DNA of 64,000 bases from Amoebidium appalachense (GCA_963693365.1 CAVNZM010000004.1:12571445-12635444); one strand, 5' to 3'; positions 1-24,531 are shown, counted from the stretch's first letter. Translations and numbers: made by a program. Notes: generated by a model from the sequence alone, not told the origin.

Positions 1-523
1 CCCCTCCCCCTTCGTCGAAGACAACGAGACAGTCGAATGGACGGATGTAGGTGTGATGGTGATATGATTCTCCTTAAGTGGCGGTGATGGGTATTGAATC
101 TATTGAGACATGTACTATGAATAGTGATAAGAAATTTAGTGGCACTATCGTAGCCATAATAACATAACATTTTTTGGTAATCATGATAGCTTGCGGAGTG
201 CTGGGTTATATAGGTGACAGGGTTGATGATCTACAGGGTTGAAGTAGCATGTCAACAGTGCGCGTTTAAAAAATGATGTGCTTGTTTTTGTATGAAGTAT
301 CAAACAGGATGTAATATATTGCTCCTCCGTATGGATTTGAAGGAAATAAATTATGGTTGCTGATTTACTTGTTTGCCAAGTACTAATTTTTATTCTTGCC
401 ACATATATCCGCAGTTTCCTTGTTGCTGCAGAGGTGCCAGTTGCATTACTTTTTTTTTTATAACCCACAACCCCCCCCCCCCCCCCTCCCCCCGCCTCTC
501 TTTCTTAGCAGGAGGCTCTCCCC

Positions 524-554
<31 letters not shown>

Positions 555-1054
555 AAAAAAAAAAAAAAAAGGACAGCCTAGCTTCTCCGTCACCGCTGTC
601 TGGAAAAGCAGGGTATTACCGACACACACATGTGCACACACACATCCGCCCCTGCTTTCAGGAAAAAATCACATGCCTAGTTTCTTCCTTCGAAGAGTTC
701 TGATGCCCTGGGGCCGCTAAGAGCCTCTTCAATGGACCAGGGCCCTCGCTTTATGATATCGATGCGGAACAAATGCGAACCGTTCTCAGTATGATACGTA
801 AGAGTTGAGTACCGCGCGGTATCCTCATTTCCGGGCGCGAAGAGGGGGGGGGGGGGGGGGTTAGGGAAGGATTCGAGTGGGGTGATCATGAGGACAGTTG
901 AAGGGAACCTACAACTAAACGATTCACAGTAATCAGGGCTGATTAGTCATTAGAGGAAGGCAGTGGGGGGGAGAGATAGGTTCTGGCATCGGATCCCAAA
1001 AAAAATGGGGAGGCAAACGAGAGGTCACCCTTAAGTTTAACTGCATGGCTCATA

Positions 1055-2080
1055 TTTGTAACCACGTTCTCCACTGTGCGACACTAAACATCTGCTGGCG
1101 GCCCCACGGTCGGGCCCATGAAGGGGGAGGGGGGCCGGGGGGGGGCAGGGGGGAGGGGGGCAGGGAGGGAGAGGGGGGTGGGGGTGGGGGGTGGGGTGGG
1201 GGGAGGGGAGAGGAGGGGGGGGGGGAGGGCGGGGTCAATTGGTTTTAGGCAAATGTAAGTAGATGTTTCGGTTGAATTCGTTGAAATCACAGGCCACGGT
1301 GTGAAGGAATATGTATTTGTGTAATTTTTATCTACGGAAGGGAGGACCTTTGACCACCATCAAGAAAAGGTTAGTGAGCATTTGTGAGGCGCGTACGTGT
1401 GAAGTACTATATTTATCCAAACTTAAAGAACCAGCTCCAGAGAGCATGGCATAGCATGGGATGTCAACGGGGAAATGAGATCACTTTTTCAGAAACCAAA
1501 TTAGGTCCATGTCGTGGTCTGCTATCAGGTCTTTAACTGCGTGCTTCAAATTTATAACTGCGTTCTCCACTGTGCACGTGCGACGTTGATCAACTGCAGG
1601 TGGCCCCACGGTCGGGCCCATGAGGGGGGGGGGGGGGGGGGGGGGGGGGGAGGGGGGGGGCATGGGGGGGAGAGCGGAGAGGGATGAAAGGGGGGTGGGG
1701 GGAGGAGGGGGGAGGGGGGAGGGGGGGGGCATGGGGGGGAGAGCGGAGAGGGATGAAAGGGGGGTGGGGGGAGGAGGGGGAGGGGGGGTGGGGGGGTCAA
1801 TTGGTTACGGCAATTGTAGTAGATGTTTCAGCTAATTCGTTGAAATTACAGGTGTGGAGGAATGTATATGTGTGAATTTTTTATCTACGAAAGGGAAAGA
1901 CCTTGGACCACCATCAAGCAAAATTTAGTGAGCATTTGTGAGACTTGAAGTATATATTTATCCACTGAAAAAATGGGGAACCAGCTCCTGAGAGCATGGC
2001 ATAGCGCTAGCATGGCATGTCAACGGTAAATATCACTTTTTTCAGAAACCGATTTATGTCCATGTCGTGGTCGTGCTATC
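1055..2080. repeat. Diverged tandem duplication of a ~500-bp unit (approx. 1055-1530 and 1553-2080), each copy with a central G-tract
   Basis: Both copies share cgttctccactgtgc...ggccccacggtcgggcccatga, a G-run, then ggggtcaattggtt...agatgttt...gaccaccatcaag...ttagtgagcatttgtgag...aaccagctcc.gagagcatggcatagc...tcactttttcagaaacc...gtccatgtcgtggtc. The second copy also has an internal duplication (gcatggggggagagcggagagggatgaaagggggg twice). Confidence 0.9.
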
Positions 2081-2581
2081 TTTACCTGGAAGCTGAGGCA
2101 AGTGGGTTTCATTATATAGCCATGCTGTCTGTACAGTGTTAGTCCTAGCCTAACCGTGTGTACATAGGCACATACAGGCGCTCTGCGCTACTGAACATGA
2201 AAAAACGACCGCGTTTTGTCCGCGGGGGAATGACCTTCTTGTGGGTGCGTTGATAGCCAATAGAAGTGCTTTTAGAAGCAGTGTAAATTCATTTTTATCC
2301 TAGCATCTTTTTAAACTTTTTGAAACGCATCTAATACAAGTTTACATAATAAAAAAAGCTCTAAAAATACACCAAATAAACCTCTAAAACATTAATAAAA
2401 ACATAATTTATAATATCCTATATCTGCAACGTTTTTGGGCTTTTTTGTTTTGCTATACCTATGGCTGTTTCCCCACTACTATTTATGATTTTGCTTGCAT
2501 CGCTCACGATATCTGAAATATGGAAGGTATTATTAAGCCAATCAGCGTGCACGCTGCAAATGGACCCAAGTCTCAGTAAGA

Positions 2582-2636
2582 GACTCTCTCAAGGCCTCCT
2601 AAATAGCACACCTATTTAGGAGGCCTTGGACTCTCT
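2582..2636. mobile_element. Ultra-short (39 bp) TIR element with 8-bp target-site duplication, hAT-like
   Basis: GACTCTCT (2582-2589) + CAAGGCCTCCTAAATAG (2590-2606) + CACAC + CTATTTAGGAGGCCTTG (2612-2628) + GACTCTCT (2629-2636). The 17-bp inverted repeats and 8-bp flanking direct repeats are both perfect. Confidence 0.8.
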
Positions 2637-3355
2637 GCACCTCGTTTCATGTCTTACCACCTGCACCACCCTATGTGTCTGAGTGCTTTAGATTACGCTT
2701 TAAAGGTGACATTGATTAATACGCAACCCAAAAAATATTTGACAAAGTAGCTGTCTTTTTGTTTAATATAAAGAGAGAAACCTGGAGGAAATTCCTTAAA
2801 ATCGGAGGGTTGCGTAGCTTAGGGTGTGGAAACAACCTGCGAGTGAAGATCTTCGCAACCAACCCAGTTTGCTAACGGAGACAAGGTATGTTTGTGCGTT
2901 TTTGAGTATTTGACGCATATGCACCGGGGCTTTGTTGACCAAATGCCATTCTAGTAGGATCCTGGCATCATCTTTGCAACAATTCACTACCCTTCGCACG
3001 GGAATTTCGACCAAGAATTACACAATGTTTTCTAGACCATATAAGGTTCCTTCCTTTTTGATCTAATTCTGGATGTGTGTGCTCTCATGCTGCCGTTTTT
3101 GAATGGAATACCCTGACGGGCTCGTTAGTCTTACCCGATGGTAGCATAAAATTTTTTCACATCAAAAGGCATTCAAACCGATGCTGATAATGTTAGCTGT
3201 TGTTGCGGGATGTCACCGACGTGCACACAAAAAGCAATACACATATGCACGAAAGCTGCCATTGCGCGCATGGGGCACACGGACACACACGAGAACACGG
3301 TCACGTATATAGACTTACACGCCAAGCCACATGAACGCACATGCACGCACGCGCG

Positions 3356-3389
<34 letters not shown>

Positions 3390-3836
3390 TGCACCCCCAA
3401 ATGCACGGGCATATGCGCTCGTGCGTACACACGTACACGCACTAATTCATTTAGAAACACACAGACCCACTCCGACATGCACACACGCACGGCACACGGG
3501 TGCTCGAGCACGGATGCCCTGATCAACACACGCACGCATACACCCACACAAAAACTATCTCAACATTGTCCCAAAAGAGGGTTATGAGGCCTCTTGCTCA
3601 CTGACTCGCGACCGCACGCATGATGAAACAGAAACGGTGGGCTTTTTACTTCCGTTGAGATCTGGTGTTGCACTTTGGTAACGCTATAACAATCATGTCC
3701 TCACAAACCGGTTGTCATGGAAATAAATTCTAGAACCACAAGCCATGCCATCTGCATTCCCTATCCCACTGTGGAAACACCATAATTGTCTTCCTTCCCC
3801 TTACCGCCTCCTCCCCCCCCCACCCTCCCCCCCCCG

Positions 3837-3876
<40 letters not shown>

Positions 3877-4330
3877 TATGCCTCCCCCCCCCCCCCCCCC
3901 CGCCCCCTCAGGTCTTCCTATCAACTACCTGCCCCTCTTTCACCCCCTCCTCCCTCCCCACCCCCCCCGCGCCCCCCCCCCCCCCCCCCCCCCCTTCTCC
4001 CCCCGCTCACTGTCCTCCCTCCCTCCCCCCCCCCCCCCTCTCGGGCCCCGGATTCCCACCCGCCCCTCTCTGTGCACCCAGAGCCCACACCTCATCCAGT
4101 TTTACCATTTATTCCCTACCCCTTTTTAACACCGCCCTCCCACTCCCAAACCCCTTCCCCCCTCAACAAAAAAATAAAAAACACTTTCAATGGCTGGATT
4201 TTACAACAGTTGTGCTCCTTCCTGGGGACCATTTCTCATAGCGCTTCCCCCCGTCTGATTACCCCAACTTACCCCTCTTGCTCACCTTTTTTTGCTTGCC
4301 TTTTTTAATTTTTCCTTTTCCTTTTCCTTT

Positions 4331-4369
<39 letters not shown>

Positions 4370-4950
4370 AGGGGGGAGGGGGCTTGAGTGGTGGCTGGTG
4401 TGGATGCCTTGCCAGTCCCCCCAAAACACACACAAGCAACCGCACAGATAGAATGGCCCCTTCACCATAATTCTGCACCCATTGCCCGTGCTGTGTCCGC
4501 TTCATGTTTTACCCCGTGTTTTAAGATTTCTCCTGATAATGCCACACACCTCTCCCCCCCCCCCCCCCCTCCCTTCCTTTCGAACGGACCTTGCTTGCTT
4601 ATGCCTTCAGGCTTTGCACTCTGCTTTTATCCCCTCCCCCCTTCCCCCCTCCGCCCCCTCCCCCCGCTTCCTCCCCCCCACACACACAAAATACACACCA
4701 GTTGTGATACATGCTCTTTCTGTGGGCCGTTTTTGGTTACCCCTGCATTGTAGTGTTCGTCACGAATGAGTACTTTGCAATCTGTAACACATTCTGACCC
4801 CTCTCCCCTCTCCCCCTCCCCCCCCCCCCCCCTCCCCCCGCCCCCGGAGTCTGCCCCTCCCTCCTGCCACCACTACCCACCATCCCCACATCATGCGCAC
4901 ACATATTATTCACCACACACATTCCACCATGCGTTTGCAGCCAATCAAAG

Positions 4951-15265
<10,315 letters not shown>

Positions 15266-15359
15266 GTGGGTTATCGGGAAACCGTCTTGGGATTATTGTC
15301 GCATTTAGGTGCTTCTCCATTTTTTTTTCCTTTTTTTTTTGTGTGTGTGTGTGTGTTTG

Positions 15360-15415
<56 letters not shown>

Positions 15416-15429
15416 GGCTGCTGCAGCCT

Positions 15430-15460
<31 letters not shown>

Positions 15461-16240
15461 GGGGAAGGTGGGGGGGGGGGGTAGGCCAAAGGTACATGAG
15501 GTATGGTGCGTAAGGTCTCCTCGTTTATAATAGGCAACTAGTTGAGGGGTAGACACGTAATAATCTTCCGGGCTTCCCGGGCGCGCGGGGGGTGGGGGGT
15601 TGGGGGGGGGGTTGGAGGGGGGGAGGGGGGGGGGGGGGGGAGTGGGACGGATTGTTCCCTGACTGGTAAAAGCTGTCAGAGGTCAACAGGCCACATCGAT
15701 CAATTTGGAGCCACACGAACTTTTTCCAAAAACACCGAGTCACGAGGGTTTATCGAATAAGCTATGAAGGTAAATGAAATAGAGACATTAACAATGATGT
15801 GGTGCTACTCTTGTTGAGATCTGATGCTGCAAGTGACATCGTTTCAACTAGATGGGGGGATGGCGAAACAGCATAATAGTTACTGGTTTGCCCATGATAT
15901 TGGTGTGTGTACTGACTTAGTTCTTTGGCCTGGGCAGGGAGATGTCTGCCGAGGATGTGGACAAATATTTTAACGACCTGAATGTGCCGGACTTCAACAT
16001 CGACGTGTAGCGGTGGTTGGTTGCGCACAGTATATGCATCAACACGGGTGTGTTGTTTCTGCTTATTCTTCTCACAATTTTGTGTTTTGGGGAGGGATAA
16101 ATACTCTTCTTGTCCTATTAATCCTTCACATGTGGTTTGTTGCATCCATCGTACGTTTGGCTCTTGCCATTATAGTGTATAAGCTGATTTTTCGTAGCTG
16201 TCCTGGTTGTTTTATTTATATCATACTTTACTAACAGGAT

Positions 16241-16275
<35 letters not shown>

Positions 16276-16476
16276 GAGAGAGAGAGAGAGAGAGAGCCGG
16301 GGGGGGGGGGGGGGGGGTTATGAATCGTGGATGAATATCTTCTACTCTAATGCACGAACGTACTACACTTACGCAGCTTACTAGGAAGCACTCATTCCCA
16401 TATTCCCACCTCCGCCACCGCGGCACCATCCACCAAACGCCACCACGTGCATCATCGAGACACACGCACACACATT

Positions 16477-16538
<62 letters not shown>

Positions 16539-16922
16539 GCACCCCCGCACGTACATTCTTACGCTTAACACGTGTGCCTAGTTGTGCTTTCGGCACCAGC
16601 CTCCTTTCGTAGACTCTCTAACTGAAGTTACAAAAGCGCCCTAGGCGAATTCCTTTTATTATAAATTAAATATATATTTATCTAATCCTACCAAGGAATA
16701 AGTATTAGGGCTAAAAATTTCTAAGTGGTGACCTGGCGCGTCGTTGCGCCTCGAAGCAAAGTATGATGGCAGCAATAAAGTGAATAATGATGTGACCGAC
16801 CGCGTTGAGTGGTGTGTGTTAAGGCGCGTTATGTTGTGTGATGCCGCCAACATATTGTTGCCGGCTCAGAACATTGCCGGCTTGGCTCGGCATGGCATGA
16901 ACACACAGGAAATACCACCATA

Positions 16923-16955
<33 letters not shown>

Positions 16956-17318
16956 ACCACCACCAGGACGCCGCGAGCGCGCTGTACATCGCATGGTTAA
17001 GATGCTTGATTGATCTGGAAGGTACACATAGACGTTTGCCATTCAATCAAAGTGTCTTTTATTGAGGTACACCGACGTGAAATGTTGAATATATATGTCA
17101 TCTTCCACGAATCTATCTCCGGGACCTCTCGTCTCTCTCCCTCTCGCTCCGATCTCTTCCCTCCCCCCCCTCCTCCCCCCCCTCCCTTCGAGCCTCCGAC
17201 TCTATTTTTAAGCACACACACACACACACCATACATACTTTTTTTCGAGGAAGAGGGGGGGGAGGGGGGGGGGGGGGGGAGGTTACTAGTAACACACAAG
17301 GAAAAGGTTTTTTTTTTT

Positions 17319-17350
<32 letters not shown>

Positions 17351-17526
17351 GGACTCTGAAGTTGAGGGGGGGGGGGGGGAGGGGGGGGGATGTAAGGAAA
17401 AGTTAAAAAGTTGTTACAAAAGTGCCTTCCTGAATCCACACTGCAAACAAATCTCGCCAGCAGTGAAAAAAAAAAGAAGTAATTAAAGCACCACCAATTT
17501 GAAGCCTACTACTTACATACATAGAT

Positions 17527-18018
17527 TCACTTGGTGTACGAGTCTGTCTCAGTGCCCCCCATGTTCCACAAATGCGTCTCTGTGTCAGTCGGTGTGTTTC
17601 CCACTGTGCCACTCCCCGGCCCTACACCAGCAAACAATTTGCCTGGGTCCTTGCGCAAAATCTCAGACACAGGCGTGCCCGGGTCGTCCGTGGGCGTGTA
17701 CCCCCCCATGTCTAGCTCATATGCGCCGTGCGTGTCCACTTCTCCCCCTGCCTTCTCTCCTTCACCTCCCTTCCCTGTCGCCTTTTCAAACTCTTTCACT
17801 TTTCCCTTGGGTAGGGGAAGGCCTGGAAGGTCACCATACGATGCTCGGCGTGCAGCGGTTTTTGGGTCATTTTGGGGTGGGGAAGAGCGACCACGAAGGA
17901 TATCCGAGTCTGACTCTGTAGTGGTGGTGGCGGTCATAGAACGACGACGGCGTGGCGTGGTATCAGGTAGGGCGGAGGAAGAAACGGGCCTTTTCTTGCG
18001 TTCGATGGGAGTCTCCAT
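17527..18018 (-). CDS. Hypothetical 163-aa, probably disordered protein (single ORF)
   Basis: Non-repetitive ATG-started ORF (METPIERKKRPVSSS...RRRRSMT...RRASYGDLP) with basic clusters and RRxS kinase-type motifs. No family recognised. Confidence 0.6.
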   Translation of the reverse strand: METPIERKKRPVSSSALPDTTPRRRRSMTATTTTESDSDILRGRSSPPQNDPKTAARRASYGDLPGLPLPKGKVKEFEKATGKGGEGEKAGGEVDTHGAYELDMGGYTPTDDPGTPVSEILRKDPGKLFAGVGPGSGTVGNTPTDTETHLWNMGGTETDSYTK

Positions 18019-19629
18019 CGTGTTGTGTGGTCTAGTTACTTCCCTGTTCCTGGTCTATTGAGACTAACACAGTAGATGAACGGAAGAGAGCTCTAATAAT
18101 TAGTGAAACGAGCGAACCACAAAGGTTTCAGTTCAAGCTGTTAGTTAACCCGCAACTGCAAAATGGTACACCGTGACATCTCAACCAAGCTATTCAATGT
18201 AATGGGACAGCATGTTCAGGAACAGTCACTCAGTGCAGGTGTTCTTGTGGCCACATCGCGCATCTCACACTGTCACACACCCAGGCCTAGGACTCAGCAT
18301 CATTGCACACAAAAGCAAACAAAAGCACGACCCAGATCTACACAGGAATGCAATTCAAAAGTATTTTTTCACATGATTGGATGAACTTCTGAAGTCCAAC
18401 TCTGTCTATAGGCAGACCAGGCGGGGGCGAGCAAAACATAAAACGGCGATGTTTCGTTGGCAACCATCGGACAGGCAAGAGCTCATGGCTCTGAACTGAC
18501 TGCACAAGCGCTTGATACTCGGAAAACTTGTGCAAACAACCCAGTGAATGCACGCCAACATCAGCTGCGCATACCCACAGGCTCTTAAGGTCTTGTCTAT
18601 GCTCGAGCACCCATACGCACTGATGCGTGGACACTGGCACGCCCTTTCATGTTCATAATCCCGTAAATGAGTCACCGTGAAGCTAATCCCGTAAATGAGT
18701 CATCGTGTAAGCTACCGTTTAAAACCAGACTTATCGATGGTCCCTTTTCCCCCAAGCATTCAACACCCAAGACGGCTTTACCCCATTGACATCGATAACA
18801 ATTTAAAACGATGCAGGTCTGGGCTAATTAGAGTCGAACAAGAGTTGTATACTACGCCGAAAGAGTACGGAGGCCAAGCTCGCAAAAATCTCTGAAAATC
18901 TTGATGCAGTGTAATACTTGACATCGCTTTGTGGTTACACAGGGTGAGGGTGGGAAGGGGTCACACCATATGCATGGATCAATAACCAGTTGCAATTGCT
19001 ACTTCAAACAAGTACACTCAACAACTTGCAACAACACTTCAAACAAGTACACTCAAAGTGCCTTACCTGCTGTTGGGGCGTAAATATTGTGTCGCATATG
19101 CGTTGGTATCAATGCCTCCATAACCTCACAAGCTAGCTATATTATCTCTTTATACAACCACATTTTTGTCGAAATGCAGAGCTCAGTAATACACTGGAAT
19201 CACGAATTCCCACTGACGTCAACCTCGCTTTCAACCTCCGCGGCCTAAATCTAAATCACATTCACGCCGGTCCACGGGTGCTGATGACGTAGCATCGTTC
19301 ATCTGATTGGAGGAGCGTACATTACATATATGCATTGATTGGTCCTGAATCTTTCAACATTCCTACATATTGCACGATTGCTTGACACGGTAAGTAGATT
19401 AAATGATCTCTGCAGGGAATTAGCTTGTTTTAATTTTTAGTTCAGATCTACTGAATAAATGCTAGCGTATGATTAGGCAAAAAACAGTTAATTGTTTGTT
19501 TGATTTCCTTTCGATCTGACTGGTGGCCGGGCCGGCTGAGTCAAAACTCGAGTCGACTTCAGCCAACTCGGTCGCGACTCCAAAAGTTTTTACCCCTCGT
19601 CTTTTGCTGGCCTGAGAGAACCCACGAAA

Positions 19630-20313
19630 ATGGTGTGCATTACGTGCATTCTCTACCCTGCGCTCCTGCTTTTGTGGACGCTTATTTCTAAGTGGCTGTG
19701 GCCGAAGAAGGTGGAGGAGGGGACCGAGGCAACACAAGACAAGGCAAGTGTGAGGCTCAGTGCGGTGAACTGGCTGCCAGTCTGCGGGCTGCTTATTGCT
19801 TTTCCAGAAACAAGTGCCTGATTTTGGAGCATTGATGCGAGGGAATACCTTTGGGACCCTGAAGATAATTTTTTTGCATTGGGATTTTGATAATTGAGTT
19901 TTGTAGCCTTTCCCCTCCCCCTTCGGTCTTTTTATGCAATTGACGCACGCGAAACGACAAGATAGACTTGTGTATTTCTCACGAGAAGACGATGGGCTAC
20001 TTTCCTTCGCTCGGCAGAAAGAAACATCGCCGTTGTGGACTCCCAGTAAATGCTTGCTTGGTGATCGAAGCTGGCTTGCACAGGCATGGTTACCCCTACT
20101 TACTGCTTCCTCTCCTCACAGAGCGACCCACAATTAACTGTCGAGAAAGAAAAGACTATCGACGAAAAGGAATGCTGTGCCGACAATGCCACCACGGGCG
20201 CGCAAGAAACTAAGTCAGATGAGAAGAAGACGGGGGGCTGCCCTTTCAGTTACATGGCCAGCCTGGCTGGGGCTACACTACCTGTCGACCACCCAAAGGT
20301 GAAGGCCGACTAA
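19630..20313 (+). CDS. UPF0729 / C18orf32-like small membrane protein (2 exons, GC-AG intron)
   Basis: Exon 1 19630-19743 MVCITCILYPALLLLWTLISKWLWPKKVEEGTEATQDK resembles the C18orf32 N-terminus (MVCIPCI..P.LL...WPKK). The donor is AAG|GCAAGT. Exon 2 20122-20313 is in phase and ends GGCPFSYMASLAGATLPVDHPKVKAD*. Upstream are CRE (TGACGTCA ~19215) and ATTGG boxes (~19306, ~19338). Confidence 0.8.
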
Positions 20314-20903
20314 TGTTATGTATTATATTAGGAGGGCTATTTATATAAGGGCTTTTTTTTTTTTTTTACGAGGTCAGGGTGCTTCTGGAGGTACTTGCTT
20401 TTAACTTAAGGTTATTTTTGAAGGACAAATCAGTGTTTCACATGGCGCGTTGAAAGTTAGAGAGCCGTGACTATGAAAGGGAATATGTAGAGTAAACTTA
20501 ATCTCAGGGCATTATCTGGTAATATGTTTCTGAAATAAACAGGACTCTTGACGCATTCGGTGTTTGCCTGATTGTGATACGAGTGTACTTTCGCTAATAC
20601 AGCTGCACTCGAACACCTGCTCGCACAAGCTACCACACACGCTTTGAAGTTATGTTTGGACACGTGCTTGCATGCAGCATCACGAATTACATGCACGCAT
20701 TTTCACGTGCACAGGTTCCTACACGGATACACATAGTGTTTATAGGAGCTGTAAACACGTGTACACACGCACACACAGTAAACACGTCCACCATACACGC
20801 ACGCCCACTTGCATGCATGGATGCACACACACACCACACACACGAAAGTGCACGTGCATGACCCCACACACACCCGTGCACACGCACACGCACATACACT
20901 GTG

Positions 20904-20958
<55 letters not shown>

Positions 20959-21788
20959 GGTGCACATGCACATGCACATACACGCGCGCGTACACACACA
21001 CGCACATACACACATCTGCGCGTACACACATGCACATGCACGCATGCACGCTCGCGCGCGCACACACACAACACGCACACACACACACACACGTGCATGT
21101 GCACGTGCATGCCCACACACACCCGTGCACACGCACACGCACCTGTACACATTCGCACGCACACCCGTGCACGCGCACACACACGTATGCACACACGCAC
21201 ACGCACACACACTCGCGCACCCGTGCACACGCACATGCACGTGCATACACGCGCGCGCGCGCACGCACACGCACACAATGTCATGTGCTCGCGCATACAC
21301 GCACACACACCACACGCACACACGCATGCGCGCTTGCGCGCGCACACACATAACACGCACACCCACACACGCACACGCACACACACACACACACACACAC
21401 GCATGCACATGTACATACCTTTTCTGCTGTCTTCAGTTCTGCCTTGCTCTTGAATAGTTTGTAACAAGCCCCCCCCCCCCCCCCCAAAAAAAAAAAAAAA
21501 AAAAAACGAAAAAATCAACAGATAAAACGAAATATAGCATCCCGTCACAAATCACTACACACATGCACTTCACACACCCTCGTTGCTAACACCCGCACCA
21601 CACCTCACCACACACAAGCACACCTGTCTGCGAATGAGCGAGTTCTGCAGGCACAGGCACACACACAATTGTGTGCACTGACACACACACATTAGTCAGT
21701 GCTCCCAAACATTGTGTTGGTGCATTATGTCACACGTACGCGTATGTGTGCGCACACACAGACACATCCACATAATCGGGTTTGCATA

Positions 21789-21823
<35 letters not shown>

Positions 21824-22711
21824 TCGTTTTAGCTCTTAAAGTAGGTGACATACACACAACTGCCTGAAGCACACCGTGAAGCATGCCGATGTGTACCTAA
21901 GTGCAGTCACTGACTGCTTTTCCTGTGGTTTAAAATAGTGTATATGTTTGTGCTATGATTAGGCTCTTTTGCTTGTTCACACACACAACCCATGTTATGG
22001 TATATCACAGCTCGCACTCACGCACACAAAAACATACACGTACATGTCAATAATTAGAGGATAACAGGCCGAGTATGTATACTACACATGCGATCTGATG
22101 CGAAATTTCATCCCCACGACACACGACCTTAATGTTTTTAAATTGCTGTCAATTGAATAACCCTGGGAGGCAAAGAGGGGGGGGGGGGGAGGCTGGATTT
22201 TTGTGACATTTTGTCTTTTGATGTACCTTCCATATTCAACTTTACTCCTAGTCCTTTATGCAAACATCCGGGGAAGCTACTAGTGTTGGGGGCAGGAGGC
22301 ACACACACTGGAGCGTTAAATTTCTCCTCTTTTCTCCAACGTATGATACTTGCATACTTGCACGGTAACCGTGAAACGGAGACAGAGCACGCACAAGCCA
22401 GCACCGTACTGGGCTTGCACAAATAAGCTTAACTCACACAGGTATACAGAATACCCCGTACCCATGATACTGGCACTGTTCACACATGATTTATGACACA
22501 CCGTACAGTATCAATTATGTAACCCCTTCCCGTCCCCCCTCCCCCCTCCCCCCCGGTCCCCCCCCCCCCCCCCCCCCCCCCCCCCACACGCACACACACA
22601 CACGGCCCTCTGGAGAGAGGGCAGTGGGGTTACCGAAAATGGAGGGCCTTAATAATATTACTTTTCGAGACGGCCGTGAATGTTGTTCACATGTGACCCC
22701 CTCCTCCCCCC

Positions 22712-22742
<31 letters not shown>

Positions 22743-23752
22743 GGGCCATTAGCTGGACTCCTCGCATCAACAGGTTACTTTGATGGGCAAATAGGAACAC
22801 AAAACTCACGTCACCACAGGGGAGCCTCTGAGATACGGGCGCGGCGTGCACACACAGTCACACACGCACAAACACACACGTATACACGCGCACTTATTGC
22901 ACAATAACTAGTAATTATAATCCACACTTGAGTGCCTATCGAACGAGTTGACATTATCAGGTAGTAAATCATTTTGCTCAACCGTGGGGTGCCTTCGTAT
23001 ATTGAGTCTAACCGTGTATGTAGTTCATAGTAGTAGGCATACATTACATTTCTGCACCCACCATCTGATGATGATAGATAACATATATCCAAAAGTAGTA
23101 TAACATATATCCAAAAGTAGTATATACCGGCCATTATGTACACCATGTATGGACCTACTTGTATATATTGTTATAGTATATGACTTTATGTTCATTTGAT
23201 TAAATGACCTTTACACATTGTGTGTGCATTTCACCTAATATTAGTACAAGGATACATGTCCTAAAAAAACAAAAACAAAAAAAACAGTTTTAGGATATGT
23301 TCTGTCCTGAGAGTGAAGCATACAATACCTCAATCCAGTCAAAGGAACCAGGTAAAAAGACAAAATACGCACAACAGCACTTGGGTGCATTTGTTTGTGT
23401 GTGTGTGTGTGTGCATATGTTTTGTGTAGCCTCACATCCAGTCGTATACTAACTGCTACTAATAGGCAATGAAAGTCAATTCAAAGAGCAGTAATGTACA
23501 TACCAAACACCCTCAAATCAACAGCCCCGCACCCTTCAGGTTGGCATGTGATATTATACACTTTAACGGGGAGGGAGGGGTTGTGGGTTGGGGATCTATA
23601 AGGGGGGGGGAAGAAAAAAGGATAACGAGCAACGAGCACTAACAACTCATAATTTGGAAAACTGCTGGTGCGGGACGCCGACACTAAGCAGTAGAGAACA
23701 TATGATACCTGCTATCTTTAACAATCACCGTGTGGTTCACACATGCCGTTGG

Positions 23753-24148
23753 CTAGGGGCAGTTAAAGGTACGTGCACCTTTGCTCATGTAGCGCAGGAA
23801 GCATGCCAGCCTCTCACTCTGCACCTTGTGTGTCTCCCCGACCACACGGCCCACTCGTGACCTGCCCATTCACCATAGCCGTGAGAATGACTTCAAATGT
23901 TATGTGTGTTAATTAAGCCTATGCATGTGTGTGAGTGCCAAGAGTGTGCAAGTCTTTGTTGTGTGTTTGTGCTGATCTATGCGGGTGTTGAAGGTGGGGG
24001 AGATGTAGAGTGGGGCGGGAAGAGATGGCATATAGACTGCATAGAAGAAGATCAATCGGTTGTAGTGGCCGTGCCCGTGCATGGGTCAGTATTGCTCTAA
24101 CTTTCTTCTCCCACGTCTTTATCTTGTGTGGGTAGGGATTTTCTTTTT

Positions 24149-24188
<40 letters not shown>

Positions 24189-24215
24189 CGCGCGCTTTCT
24201 TTTTTTTTTTTTTTT

Positions 24216-24267
<52 letters not shown>

Positions 24268-24480
24268 TCCTTACATGTCGGCCAGTGCAGGGGTGGAGAG
24301 CATGACCTCCCTCTCGCAGCCCTCGCAGTCTATTTTTAGCAGCGCCACCCTGCTCTCGGCCATTTCAATCACAGCACTGAGACTGCGGGTAGGCACGGCA
24401 ACACCCTGCCCTGATTGGCTGGCCCGGGAATTGGCAGGGTTGGACTCGTCGTATGAGATCCACAGTGTCTGTGTGTGTGT

Positions 24481-24531
<51 letters not shown>

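Noticed and set aside
681-797. Exon-like segment (AG...GTAAGA) with an in-frame TGA, considered as a selenoprotein or pseudo-exon
   Set aside because: All three frames contain stops, and there are no recognisable partner exons or SECIS evidence.
17531-18061. Plus-strand 176-aa ORF
   Set aside because: It is antisense to the more protein-like, ATG-started minus-strand ORF 17527-18018.
18655-19058. Short direct repeats (taatcccgtaaatgagtca twice; acttcaaacaagtacactcaa twice)
   Set aside because: Only two copies each, with no TIR/TSD structure; ordinary local duplications.
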